Source: Octopus vulgaris
Lineage: Eukaryota
Reading direction: 5' to 3'
Assembly (NCBI GenBank): GCA_951406725.2
Contig: OX597824.1
Coordinates: 7,440,001-7,504,000 of the forward strand
DNA: 64,000 nt
This document shows positions 1-13,236 of this stretch, piece after piece (position 1 is the stretch's first letter; each line of letters begins with the position of its first letter). The notes beneath the pieces were generated by a model that was not told the origin of the DNA, did not search any database, and saw nothing but the letters and a program-made list of their open reading frames with translations. The position numbers and the translations under genes were made by a program.

Positions 1-574
1 GACTATGAAATAAAAGGATAGCAAAAAAAAAAGCAAAAAAAACTATGAAAATAATATAAAAAGAAATCAAGAACATCTTTGTTGATTTGTTCAAAATTCT
101 TGAATTCATCAAAGTTAAAAATGAAAGGCGCTAATTTAAAAGATAACGGTTTCCAGAAAAATAACCTCAATTAAATATATAACCCTTTCTTTTTGAGATT
201 AAAGAATTTGAAACTCAAGTGAATATAACATGAAAGGCTCTATTAAATGAAAATATAAACTATAACCCTTTAGAAGTTTGGCTAACAAGAACGCTTTCAT
301 ATTAGATTCCTAAAAGAACAATTACTTGCTTCAGTGTGTCTCCCACAGATATTTCAAGCAAAGTAGAAACTACGAATAGAAAGAAAGAGAGAAAATATTG
401 ATAAAAAAGCAAAGTTTGTGAATCTTGTGATGTTTGTGTCACCAAAGAAAAACGGAAAAAAAATGTTTTTAATCTGTTCCAAATATTCAGAATTCAGCTC
501 AATTCATGACAAAAGTCTTGATTTATTTTATTTTTATTTTATTTAAAAAAAAAAACAAAAGATGCTATAAATAA

Positions 575-680
575 ATATTAAATTAAAATTAGGCGCTTTA
601 GAAGCACGAACCCAAGATGGGAAAATATGCGCAGATCTTAGGTCCGTGCTTCTGAAGAGACTAAATTTAATTTAATGTTT
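575..680. repeat. ~105-bp imperfect palindrome
   Basis: ttaaattaaaattaggcgctttagaagcacgaacccaagat versus atcttaggtccgtgcttctgaagagactaaatttaatttaa. Confidence 0.8.
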
Positions 681-1169
681 GTTTTGTAATTGAAAATATT
701 AACTATTTACTTAATCACCTGCTACTAATAAACTGATGCTATTTTAAAGAAAACCAAGAGAAAAAGTACAATAACAAACGAAAATAATAAGAAAAAAAAT
801 AATAATAAATTGAATAAATGTACTTTAATAAATGATGATTACAAATTTTTTTCCACAAGGGCAACTAAGGGGGGGGGGGTAAGTCAATTACATCGACCCC
901 AGTGTGTAACTGGTACTTATTTAGTTGACCCTGGAAAGCTGAAAGGCAAAGTTGACCTCAGTGGAAATTGAACTCAGAACATAGCAATTGGCTAAATGCC
1001 TATTTCTTTACTACCCACAAGGGGCTAAACAAGGCAGTGCCCCCAGCGTGGCTACATCCCAACACAGCAAGGTGGACTACCTACTTACAGCTTGATGGAC
1101 TGAGCTAGCTCAATGGTGATTAGTCATGGCCATATATATATGGCCATGAGTAATCACCATATATATTAC

Positions 1170-1542
1170 TCTTTACTCTTTTACTTGTTTCAGTCATTTG
1201 ACTGCGGCCATGCTGGAGCACTGCCTTTAGTCGAGCAAATCGACCCCGGAACTTATTCTTTGTAAGCCCAGTACTTATTCTATCGGTCTCTTTTGCCGAA
1301 CCGCTAAATGACGGGGACGTAAACACACCAGCATCGGTTGTCAAGCACACACACACACACATATATATATACATATATACGACAGGCTTCTTTCAGTTTC
1401 CGTCTACCAAATCCACTCACAAGGCATTGGTCGGCCCGGGGCTATAGCAGAAGACACTTGCCCAAGATGCCACGCAGTGGGACTGAACCCGGAACCATGT
1501 GGTTGGTAAGCTAGCTACTTACCACACAGCCACTCCTGCGCC
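1170..1542 (-). mobile_element. tRNA-derived SINE family A (representative copy)
   Basis: Head GGCGCAGGAGTGGCTGTGTGGTAAG...GGGTTCAGTCCC, internal (TG/TA)n, tail (AAAGAGT)n. Other copies: 14343-14765+, 19310-19705-, 31480-31941-, 33161-33559-, 36000-36400-, 41477-41860+, 44362-44702+, 48395-48790+, 59075-59526-, 62141-62456+, 63780-64000-. Confidence 0.92.
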
Positions 1543-1572
1543 ACATATATATATGTGTATATATATATATAT

Positions 1573-1618
<46 letters not shown>

Positions 1619-1882
1619 TACTGCACCACTGATAGAATACAAACCTATAAACGAGGAACCCTTTGAAAGTAAACTGGTTGCATACTGATACAGCCAGTTC
1701 CGCGTGTGTGCGCGTCAGAGAGAGACAGGAGATGAGGCGGGGGGGAGTGTCATTTGTTAAAGAAATAAATTACTCACAGTCGTCAATAGTAAATGTATCA
1801 TATTTAATAGCCAAAACTCATTATCAGAGAATTCACTGAGATGACTAATTACAAAAGAAATAGCGGGAATTTACATATACAT

Positions 1883-1961
<79 letters not shown>

Positions 1962-1998
1962 CATACACACATACACACACACAAATACATATATGTAC

Positions 1999-2052
<54 letters not shown>

Positions 2053-2722
2053 AAATAGATACATGTCTATACATAGATTTACATATACATATATGTATAA
2101 CAGTAGAAACAGGCAAACATATGTGCACATATATGTACATATAAACCCCCCACACACACATGTGTAGATATACTAATATATATATATATGTACATATGCA
2201 TACAAAAACAAATATATTTATATATATATACATAATACATACATACATACACACACATGCACATACATTATACATATACACACACATGTAATCTGAGTCA
2301 TTGTTTAGCCCTGGTTACCTCTGACTGAGCAAACTAATGATCAAAACTATTCCAGCCATGACCATCCTATCTTTTAGGGCTATTTCATCCTCTGAGCCCT
2401 TTCAGTGTTTTAAGACGGCAGAGTGAGAATTCAGGGAGATTTGGCTGCCATTTCTTGAAAGTCAAACAACCACATAAGAGGAGCCTTGTTAGCTTAAAAA
2501 GGACATGGTCAAAATATATCAGGGAGAAAAAAGTTAACTGACAAAGATGCATTTCCTTTCTCCTTTCCATACCCTAAAGAGGGAAGGAAAGAAGGGAGGA
2601 CGGACAGACAGACAGGTGGGTGGATGGATGGATGGGTGGATGGGTGGATGGATGGATGGATGGATGGATGGATGGACGGACGGACGGACGGACTCACAGA
2701 CAGGCAGACAGACCGGTAAATG

Positions 2723-2768
<46 letters not shown>

Positions 2769-3699
2769 CAGACAGACGGATGGATAGACAGACAGACAGA
2801 GAGACGATGGATGGATGGATGGATGGATGGATGGACAGACAGACAAGTTGGTAGATAGATAGATAGATAGATAAATAGTTAGACAGACAGACACATGAAT
2901 ACATACATACATACATATATATACATACATACATTACTTACATACATACACAGACAGATAGATAGACTGAGAGAGAGATACATAGTCAGGCAGACAGATA
3001 TTAATCTTTGAACATGACTCTTAAACATGAGTCAGAGAGTCTTGTAGTTTCATGCATGAAGTACACTGAATCACGTAAAAGAGAGTTGAAAGAAACTCTG
3101 CTGGCATTCATTGTCTAATACAAGAAGCAAGTCATGCTTTAGCAAGACATCCCTCACGTGCACACACACACACACCCTTAAATGCATTTATGATCCAATG
3201 CGGCAGACTTTATGGGGCCAAATCACTCTCATGTCACAGCCTAATATCTTAGAAAAAAGTGACAAAGATATTAGGAACCAAGCTGATTGTCATAATTTAA
3301 TATGAGACGGTCATGCTTTATCAAGGTTTTTCACACACACATATACAGTCATATATGTTTATAGGGTGGAGGTGCAATGGCCCAGTGGTTAGGGCAGCGG
3401 ACTCGTGGTTGTAGGATCACGGTTTCGATTCCCAGACCGGGTGTTGTGTGTGTTTATTGAGCGAAAACACCTAAAGCTCCACAAGGCTCAGGCAGGGGGT
3501 GGTGGTGATCCCTGCTGTACTCTTTCGCCATAACTTTCTCTCACTCTTTCTTCTGTTGGCCCTTGTTCGCTTAGCTAGCGGAGTAGGGTCATTCGAAGGC
3601 TAAAACAATGCAAAGTGCATTGTGACCAGCGATGTGTAGCAACATCTGATAGCCTGGTCAGTCACAGTGATCATGGTGATGTGTTTATAGGATTCAGAG

Positions 3700-4900
3700 A
3701 GAAAGCCTTTATGTGGCTAAATCCCCTTTGTATCATCGTTAAATATAGGTGTGGAACCACATTAGGGACGACAATCCGACAAACATTCAGAAAAGAAAAA
3801 CAAAAACTGTTAAACAGGTTCGTCATGGCTGTAGTGCATGTGATTAAAGGATCTATTCAACAGGGGTTGACTGAAGCTAAACACATCTCAATGTCCCACA
3901 TGCACTGACCTGAAGCTTTGGTTTCTTGTGCCACTGGCAGCTAAACCTGTGAAGGCCACTCAGCCGTCCACTAATCACAACAAATATCTACTCACAATTA
4001 TCAATGAATTTTCTCACTTTCCATTTGCATTCGCCTTACTGGCATTTGTGCCCCGTGCTAAGTAGGGTGCTAAGAGCACCATCCGAGCGAGATCGTTGCC
4101 ACAGCAGCTAACTGGTTTCCATGCCGGTGGCACATAAAAGGCACCATTCGAGCGGGATCGTTACCAGCATTGCCTTACTGGCACCTGTGCCAGTGGCATG
4201 TGTAAAAAGATTCAAGTGAGGTCGTTGCCAGTAATGCCAGACTGGTCCCCATGCCGGTGACACGTAAAAGCACCCACTACACTTACGGAGTGGTTGGTGT
4301 TAGGAAGGGCATCCAGCTGTAGAAACTCTGCCAGATCAAGACTGGAGCCTGGTGCAGCCATCTGGTTCGCCAGCCCTCAGTCAAATAATCCAACCCATGC
4401 CAGCACGGAAAGTGGACGTTAAACGATGATGATGATGTGTTCTTATGTATCGGCTGCTACAGTCATTCCTCGTCTCAACCAACTGTTTTTGATTTTCGGA
4501 CTCCCTTCTTTCATCCATTCTGATCATGGTGCTGCCTTCATGTCAGTTGGACCCCAGACAATCCAGCGGGGAATGGCCAGGTCGAAAAGCTCAATTCAAC
4601 CTTATGGAAAACCATTACTTTGGCACTGAGGTCTTAGGGAATGAGTGCAAGTCACAGGCAGCACGTGCTCCTTAATGCTCAGCACTCTATTCGATCCCTC
4701 CTCTGTTCAGTCTTCCTTGCTGCTCAACTTCTGGGACCTCAGAATGGACCTGTGTCCTTGAAGAAACAACAGAGGCTCTCAAAATACGACCCAGCTGTAG
4801 AAGAGGTTGAATTACTTGAATGCAATCCATAGTAAGCCCATGTACACTTACTGAGCAGCAGAGAGGAAACGGTTTTGTTGAAACCTCTGGCTCCAGGGGA
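3700..4900 (+). pseudogene. Gypsy integrase relic interrupted by an RTE-tail repeat (4035-4437)
   Basis: NKYLLTIINEFSHFPFAF; TVIPRLNQLFLIFGLPSFIHSDHGAAFMS; HSIRSLLC; SKYDPAVEEVELLECNP. Confidence 0.82.
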
Positions 4901-5189
4901 AGATATGCCGACCAAGCTTGACACCTCACCATGCAATCAGGAACTTGAGAACGATCTCGAAGTGGAAACACTGGCAGTTGAATCTGGAACCAATCCATTA
5001 TTTCTGCCTACCCATCCACTCCCATCTAAGCTGATACTATGCAAAAACCCAGACAGATAAAATGCAAAGTTGGCCTCGGCCATGTTTGAACTCCTAATGC
5101 AAGGCACCAGAATAAGTACCGCAAACACCAACAACTCAGCCAATTCAGGCTAATTTAGAATCAATGAAGACATTAAATTTAGCTATTAA

Positions 5190-5440
5190 CATTATCATCA
5201 TCGTTTAACGTCCGTTTTCCATGCTAGCATGGGTTGGACGGTTTGACTGGGGTCTGCAAAGCCAGGAGGCTGCACCAGGCTCCAGTCTGATCTGGCAGAG
5301 TTTCTACGGCTGGATGCCCTTCCTAACGCCAACCACTCTGAGAGTGTAGTGGGTGCTTTTTATGTGCCACTGGCACAGGTGCCAGGAGAGGCTAGCAACT
5401 GCCACGATCGGTTGGTGCTTTTTACGTTCTACCGGCACAG
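5190..5440 (-). mobile_element. RTE-tail repeat family D (representative copy)
   Basis: ...GTTAGGAAGGGCATCCAGCTGTAGAAAC...CAACCCATGCTAGCATGGAAA.CGGACGTTAAACG(ATG)n. Copies at 4035-4437, 12235-12600, 31225-31450, 34320-34515, 37710-37848, 38967-39163 and 41100-41328. Confidence 0.85.
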
Positions 5441-5791
5441 AAGCGAGTCAACCTATAAAAAAAAAGAAAACATTTCCCAAATGGTATGGAAACTGTACTT
5501 CCCTTACTCCATAAACCAATGCTCAGACTAAAACTTGATTACACCAGCATACTGTGATATTACAATAACACAGACATAATAAGCCACTTAATTATATCAT
5601 GAACTGAATGTTGCGTTAATTGTCACACAATGATATTTTAGTTTCAATATTTGCTCAACTGAAACACAAAAGCACGCATGAAGTGAGATGTTGGCATTGT
5701 AGTTTCCATGTGATTTTCATCTTTTCATTCTTTCTTTTTCCCTGCATCTTTCTTTTATTCCTTTCAACAGTACATGACATACAACTTTAGT

Positions 5792-6175
5792 GGAGGCGCA
5801 ATGGCCCAGTGGTTAGGGCAGCGGACTCGCGGTCGGAGGATCGCGGTTTCGATTCCCAGACCGGTTGTTGTGGGTGTTTATTGAGCGAAAACACCTAAAA
5901 GCTCCACGAGGCTCCGGCAGGGGATGGTGGTGATCCCTGCTGTACTATTTCACCACATCTTTCTCTCATTCTTACTTCCTGTTTCTGTTGTACCTGTATT
6001 TCAAAGGGCCGGCCTTGTCACTCTCTGTGTCATGCTGAATATCCCCGAGAACTACGTTAAGGGTGCACGTGTCTGTGGAGTGCTCAGTCACTTACACGTT
6101 AATTTCACGAGCAGGCTGTTCCGTTGATTCGGATCAACCAGAGCCCTCGTCATCGTAACCGACGGAGTGCTTCCC
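5792..6175 (+). mobile_element. tRNA-derived SINE family B (representative copy)
   Basis: Head GGAGGCGCAATGGCCCAGTGGTTAGGGCAGCGGACTCG...GGTTTCGATTCC; TSD acatacaacttta. Other copies: 3368-3680+, 8870-9158-, 22908-23286+ (TSD actggtaggaaa), 35187-35472+, 47683-48060+. Confidence 0.92.
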
Positions 6176-7572
6176 ACATACAACTTTATCGTGGCAATCT
6201 GTCAGTTATGACGACAAGGGTTCCAGCTGATTTGATGAACTGCCTGCTCGTGAAATAAACATACAAGTGGCTGAGCACTCCACAGACATGTGTATCCTTG
6301 ACATACCTTAAATCCTCGAGTATAATCCGCACTTTTTCCCAAAATTTAAAGGTCAAAATCCCTAGTGCATACTATATACGAGGCTAAAAATGAAAAATAT
6401 TTTCTAAGGAATGTCGGAGTCTCTATTTGCTGTCCAGCAATGTTTATTTAGACGCATTTTGTGATGTCGGGCGCGGAAATACCTTAAGCTAAGCCTGAAA
6501 GCAATGAAGTCATAAAAGAATCATCCATAACTTGCAGTAAGCAACATTTATTAAACGTGCGTGTGTGTGTGTGTGTGTATAAAAGGGTAAAGACTCCCTT
6601 CAGCCATGAATGACCATGGGATTGTACCAAGAAAGTTCCCTTCAGAGGCACAAATCTGGGCAAGATTGTTTATGGATGACCAGCAGATGCCCATGCATAC
6701 CAGCCTTACCTCTCCACGCCATTGATGTTATCCTGGGGAAAGACAAACAAAGGCTGACCACAGCTTGGCACTAGTGAACTTGAGCAACATGAAATCAAGT
6801 GTCTTGCTCAAGAGCACAACATAGCCCAGTCCAGGAACTGAACTCACTACTTCATGATTGTAAGCCCGACACTCTAACCACTGAGGCATGCGTCTTCACC
6901 ATATACTTATATTCAACAGGCTTCTTCCAGTTTCTATCTACCAAATCCACTCAAAAGGCCTTGGTCAGCCTGGGGCTAAGGTGAAAGACATTTGCAATTG
7001 AACCCAGAATTATGTGGTTGGGAAATAAACTTCATACCACACAGCCACACCGGTGAAGAAGGAAGGAGCAATCCGTCGGTTATGACAACAAAGGTTCCAG
7101 CTGATACGATCAATAGAACAGCTTGCTTGTGAAATTAACGTGAAAGTGGCTGAGTACCCCAGAGACATGTGTACCCTTAATGTAGTTCTCAGAGAGATTC
7201 AATGTGACACAGAGTGTGACAAGGCTGGCCCCCTTGTATTACAGGTACGATTTCATTTTGCCAATTGAGAGGAATGGAGCAACGTGAAATAAAGTGTCTT
7301 GCTCAAGGACACAACACGTCACCGGGAATTGAACTCACGACCTTACAATCAGGAGCCAAATGCCCCTAACCACTAAGCCACATGCCTTCACCTGTACAGA
7401 CTACAATAAATGCTGAAGTATATTTGCATACCATGTTGAGTCAAAAGTTATTTTGGGATTTTCAATGATGTCTCTTGGCAACTTGTCTCTTCCATGTTAT
7501 ATCATTATTTTGATACAACTTGTTGTCCGATCACTTCTGAATTGTTTCTTCTTTATTTTCAAATATAACAGA

Positions 7573-7963
7573 CTAGCAGTATCGCCTGGCGTTGCTCGGG
7601 TTTGTTTTGACCCTTTAGAATTGGAATTTTTGAAAAGTAAAAATCTTGCATTATGTAGCTTGTTATTCCCTTTAAGTGAACATTTTTCTGGTTGAAATAC
7701 ACCGAAAAATGGTGACACAGCAGACAAAAAGTCGTAAAAAATAGGGATTTTCATAGAAAAAAAAGCACCTTTTTGATATAAATAATTTTTGGTGTTAACA
7801 TGGTCCAATTTGAATTTTATCTTCTACGGAATGAAGAGCAAGCCTTCTTCTATCATACTCTCAATTTTGGTCAACTTGTGTCGCAGGGTCTCGGAGGAGA
7901 TAGTGTTAGCTGAAGGCTACCAAACCTGCCACACACAGACAACTTCAGCTTTATATATATAGA
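7573..7963 (-). mobile_element. Non-autonomous Helitron
   Basis: The minus strand begins TCTATATATATAAAGCTGAAGTTG and ends with hairpin CCCGAGCAACGCCAGG then CTAG. Inserted between A and T. Confidence 0.85.
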
Positions 7964-7999
7964 TTAACATCAATTGTGTGTTCTTTATTTTACAGCTTC

Positions 8000-8430
8000 A
8001 ATAATAAGCGGTGAAAAAATTGCAATCAGAGCCATTTTATGCCACCTTTTGGCTGACTGCAAGGGCAAAGGCAAAAGAAATTAATGATGTGGAAGACCCC
8101 AGGAACTTTCAATGAACACGTAACGTAAAATTGGTTCAGACATTTCAAGGAAGGTGACACCAGCCTCAAAGACAAACCAAGGTCAGAGAGACCTTCTGTT
8201 GTGGAAGATTAGGCCTTGCTTGAAAAGGTTGTACAACAGCTAAGCACAAGCCCTCATACATTGTCAGCAGAACTTGGCCCTTCACAAAGCACCTTCAATC
8301 GACACCTCCGTAAGCTCGGCCTTGTGAATAAATGCTGTTGAGAAGCTCCTCATGAAATGACCAATGACCAGGCTCAGTAACATGTGAATATTAGCAAACA
8401 ACTACTAGCAAATGCTCAAAATGCCCAATT
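8000..8430 (+). pseudogene. Mariner transposase N-terminal (HTH) relic
   Basis: NWFRHFKEGDTSLKDKPRSERPSVVED*ALLEKV...TLSAELGPSQSTFNRHLRKLGL. Confidence 0.85.
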
Positions 8431-8734
8431 ATATAGCAAGCTGATATACATATATTTATACACACCTTGTAGGTATGTGTGTGTGTGTGTATATATGTAT
8501 TTACATTTATAGACATTTTGTATGTTTGCGTGTATATGTGTGTATATTATTACTGACATGTCTAGACATGTGAAATCAATAGCTAACTGTTACACATATA
8601 TTTATACACACCTTGCAGGTGTGTGTGTGTGCGTGTATTTACATTTATACATACATCTAAATACACCTTGCAGGTGTGTGTGTGTGTATATTACCAATGA
8701 CATTTTTATGTGAAACATATAGCTACCTGGTGGA

Positions 8735-9521
8735 CAGTAATCTCTCAACTATCGCGGGAGTTATGTTCCAAAACCTCCCACTGAAATAATTAAATTCTAA
8801 AAAGATATAAATACCAATCGGCTGCAGAAACCTGTGATGTACTGAGGAGTCCCAATATATATTTACATATCACCATGACCGACCAGGCTATCAGATGTTG
8901 CTACACATCGCTGGTCACAACGCACTTTGCATTGTTTTAGCCTTTCAAATGACGCCACCCCACTGGCTAAGCGAGCAGGCCAACAGAAGAAAGAGTGAGA
9001 GAAAGTTGTGGCGAAAGAGTACAGCAGGGATCGCCACCAGCCCCTGCTGGAGCCTCGTGGAGCTTTAGGTGTTTTTCGCTCAATAAACACTCACAACACC
9101 TGGTCTGGGAATTGAAACCGCGAGTCCGTTGCCCTAACCACTGGGCCATTGCAGCTCCACATATTACATATATATTTACATATATCAGCCAGAAAAATCT
9201 GCATCGTACTGAGTGAATGATGGGTGAACCACGACATGGTGAGGGATTTTAAAAAAATAATAAATGTGCCCTTTTAAAGCCTAGCCAGGCTCATGGGCCC
9301 GGTTTCTATGGCGTATGTGTTCCCCAGCTGGACGAGACGCCAGTCCATCACAGCATTACTCATTTTTGCCAGCTCAGTGGACTGGAGCAACATGAAATGA
9401 AGTATTTTGCTCAAGAACACAATGCGTCGCCTGGTCTAGGAATTGAAACCTCAATCTTACGATCATGATGCTGACACCCTAACCACTAAGCCACGCGCCT
9501 CCACATGGTGAGGGATTACTG
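8735..9521. mobile_element. pogo/Tigger-like MITE with two nested SINEs
   Basis: CAGTAATCTCTC...GAGGGATTACTG|TA termini. One inner SINE is flanked by the duplicated acatggtgagggatt. Confidence 0.6.
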
Positions 9522-9880
9522 TACATATATCTATAGACACCTTGTGTGTGTGTGAGCATATGTATGTGTGTGTGTGTGTGTATAAGGTTCAGTCACACTG
9601 AATAGCACTTTGTGCAAGTGTCCTCTCGTATAGCCGTAGGCCAATCAAAGCCTTGTGTGTAGATTGAGTGGATGGGAACTGAAAGATGGGAATAAATACA
9701 TGTGTGAATGCGTGTGTGTGTGTGTGTGTGTGAGTGCATGTGTGAATGTCATCTTCCTGGTGAGACACCTTCAGAAGTACTTAGCTAGGAGCAGACAGTC
9801 ATTAGCCTAGAGAAGGCCTTTGACTGGTTTCCCATACTCTGTAATCTGGTGGTTGCTAAGGAAGCTATGAAATGCTTTAA

Positions 9881-10346
9881 CCCTTTCGCTACCAACCCGG
9901 CTGAAACTGGCTCTGAGTACAATTGTCTTATTTTCATAAGTTTTCAATTAAAATCTTCCACCAAACCTTAGTCACAATTTGGTTCCTAACACAAGCTTAA
10001 TGATAACAAAGTTATTATACCAAATTCTTTGTTTTATTTGAAGTAATTGAAAGAAACACAGAGCATCTCAAACAGAAATATGGTAATGAAAGGATTAAAA
10101 TATATAATAGAGGAACAATTCTTAACCCTTTTGATATCAACCTGGCTGAAACTGGCTCTGGCTCTGTAATACAAATGTCTTGTTTTCATAAGTTTTGAAT
10201 TAAAATCTTCCCCCAAACCTTAGTCACAATTTATGTTTCTAACACTAGCTTAATGATAGCCAAGTTATTTTACTAAATTCTTTCTTATATTTAAAGTAAT
10301 TGAAAGAAACCCAGAGCATCTCAACAGAAATACAGTAAAGAAAGGG
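9881..10346 (+). mobile_element. Two tandem TTAA-flanked piggyBac-like MITEs
   Basis: TTAA|CCCTTT...AAAGG(A/G)|TTAA units at 9881-10094 and 10126-10346, interrupting an RTE fragment. Confidence 0.8.
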
Positions 10347-10869
10347 TTAAGAGGGCTGTACACATCATGAACAGAAGCACACAGTCAGCAAGGTGGGAAC
10401 CAACAATCAGATCAATGGTGAACTTAGCAAGCATGAAAGGATCAATCAGGGGCCATTTACCACGTGTGTATGTGTGTGAGAGAATATGCTTGTGCTGACT
10501 TGTTTTGACAAGAGAAGCTAATTTAAACAGACATCACTATCATACAATCAGCAGTCTGTTTGCAATCTTTCATGAAAAACATGTCCAACAATTGTACTGT
10601 TCATGTTCAAAGCACATGGGGAAATCTTTCACCACTTGTCAAAAAAAGCAAGGGTTAGTGACATCAAGAGCATCTAGCCATTGAAAAATCTGTCTTGATG
10701 GATTTTGCCTGGCCCATAAAATGCAAAAGAAAGTGGGTGTTAAAACAAGGAGGAGGAGGTACATAGGATACATGCTAATTAATCACATCATCGATCTAGT
10801 TTGACAGGAAGGCGTCCTGCCCAATGATTAATGTAACAGTATCATTATCAAGTAGTACATGAACAAGGG

Positions 10870-11230
10870 AAACACGCAAAATCACCTCCCTCCGACAAGT
10901 CATCCTAACAAGACATCTGCGTTGGCTGGGTCATGCCCTCCGTCGTCAACCAGGAGAATTTATCTACGAAGCAATTGCCCCAGCTCCCCTTCAGGGTTGG
11001 CGAAAACGATGTGGTGGACAACGAAAATCCTGGCTGATGACAGTCAAGGCTGATCTGGAACCCAACTTGGGCCCCCATGTCTACGGCGTTCACCGCTGGA
11101 ATAGGGAGTGGTTGGAGATCACATGGTCGTTAGCCACAAATCACCAGGCCTGGTCGGCGTTTGTGAGAGATGCAGCATTGAGGATGAATGAAGCCAGCTC
11201 AACCCACCCCAGGTGAATGCTGTCTTAAGA
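10870..11230 (+). pseudogene. RTE-like LINE 3' end
   Basis: RHLRWLGHALRR...GWRKRCGGQRKSWLMTVKADL...W....AWSAFVRDA. Confidence 0.7.
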
Positions 11231-11329
11231 CAAGAGAAAACAAGATTACTGAAAGACAACTACAGAGATATCAAATTTTTTTAATGCCCTGGTAGTTAAA
11301 TTTTCTATATAATTCTCATAAACAGGTTA

Positions 11330-12880
11330 TGAAAGTTATAAGAAGAGTTATTGCATAATTGATTAAGAACAGAATTAACTTGGATGAGATGCAGTTTGGT
11401 TTTATGCCAGAAAGTGGTACTACTGATGTCATCTTCCTGGTGAGACACCTTCAGAAGTAAATGGCTAGGAGCAGACAGTCATTAGCCTAGAGAAGGCCTT
11501 TGACTGGTTTCCATACTCTGTAATCCGGTGGTTGCTAAGGAAGCTATGAAATGCTTTAAGAGGACTGTATACATCATGTACAGAAGCACAGTCAGCAAGG
11601 TGAGAATCAATAGTCAAATCAATGGTGAACTTAGCATTCATATAAGGATCAACCAGGGGCCATTTCTCAGCCAGGTCTTGTTGAATATAATTCTCGAGGC
11701 TGCAACTGAGGATTTTAATAGCATCTGTCCATGGGAATTCCTGTAAACTGACATCAAAATAAACATCAAATGGAAATTGTAGTTGCGATACCTGTGCCGG
11801 TGGCACGTAAAAAGCACCAACCAAACGTGGCCGATGCCAGCGCCACCTTGACTGGCTTCTGTGCCAGTGGCATGTAAAAAGCACCAATATTGGTAAGAAT
11901 AGACATATAATTCTTTAAATTCTTTCAAATGTTCAGAGTGGAAAGCTAACTGGAGCAGATGATATTTTTTGTTACCTTAATGACTTAATTAGCCATAAAG
12001 GTGGGTTTTCAGAAAGTATAGTAACCAGAGTAAAAATGAGGCTGAGAAAGTTCAGGGAGTTATTACTGCTCCTGGTAATAAAGGGTTTCTCTTTCTGAGT
12101 GAAGAGCAGTTGTATGATGCTTGGTGTAGGAAGTGTGAAATGGCATGGAATTGAAACAGAGGCTTTGAATGTAAAAGGTTGGTCATGGTTGGAAAGGAAT
12201 GAAGAGAGTACGCTTTGTCTGTTGTATCATATTCATCATCATCGTTTAACATCCGCTTTCCATGCTAGCATGGGTTGGATGATTTGACTGAGGACTGGTG
12301 AACCAGATGGCTGCGCCAGGCTCCAATCTAATCTGGCAAAGTTTCTATAACTAGATGCCCTTCCTAATGCCAACCACTCCGAGAGTGTACTGGGTGCTTT
12401 TACATGTCACTGGCATGGGAGCCACTCTGGCGGTACTGGCAACGGCCATGCTCAAATGGTGTTTTTTACATGCCACCTGCACAGGAGTCAGTCCAGCAGC
12501 ACTGGCAATGACCTCGCTCGAATGTTTTGTTCATGTGCCACTGGTACAAGTGCCAGTAAGGTGACACTGGTAACAATCACGCTCAAATGGTGCTTTTTAC
12601 GTCCCCACCGGCATATAAGTGACCAAATTAGCTGTGGAGGCGGATACTCTGAAAGAGTATTTGTTAGAATAAGAACCAGCTGGGCAAAGTTGAGAGAGCT
12701 ATTACCATTGTTGGTAAAACTGGGCCTCTCACTCAGTATGAAAGACTGATTGTATGATGCCTGTTTTAAAACAGCTATGCGACATGGTAGTGAAACATGG
12801 GCTGTGAATGCAGAGGACATGCGAAATTTTGAAAGAAATGGAGCCTAGCAAAGTGGAGGAAAATTGAGTCTAAGAGATAT
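11330..12880 (+). pseudogene. RTE-clade LINE reverse transcriptase fragments, interrupted by repeats
   Basis: DEMQFGFMP..GTTDVIFLVRHLQ; LEKAFD; MYRSTVSKVRIN...INQG..LS..L.NIILEA...PWEFL; RIRTSWAKLRELLPLL...HGSETWA. A second partial copy lies at ~9746-10460. Confidence 0.85.
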
Positions 12881-13236
12881 TAGAGAGTGTAGTGGGTGCT
12901 TTTACGTGCCACCGGCACGAGGGCCAGTCTGGCAGTACTGGCAATGGCCATGCTCAAATGGTGCTTTTTATGTGCCACCTGCACAGGAGCCAGTCCAGCG
13001 ACACTGGCAACGACCTTGCTCAAATGTTTTTTCATGTGCCACCAACACATGCCAGTAAGGCAACGCAGGTAACGATCACGCTCGAATGGTGCTTTTTACA
13101 TACCACCGGCATGGAAGCCAGCTTGTTGCTCTGGCAATGATCACACTCGTATGGTACTCTTAGTGCTCCACTAGCACAGATGCCAGTCATCGAATTTGAT
13201 TTTGATTTCGATATATATATATATATATATATATAT

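Noticed and set aside
1841-2934. Long YI/HT/CV/SIYL-rich ORFs (also 16692-17219, 55140-55689, 56483-56824, 61013-61584)
   Set aside because: These are translations of microsatellites that lack stop codons.
5792-5865. Functional tRNA genes at SINE heads (also 39671-39738 and 42240-42320)
   Set aside because: No intact acceptor stem; each head continues into a repeat body, with a TSD in the family B copies.
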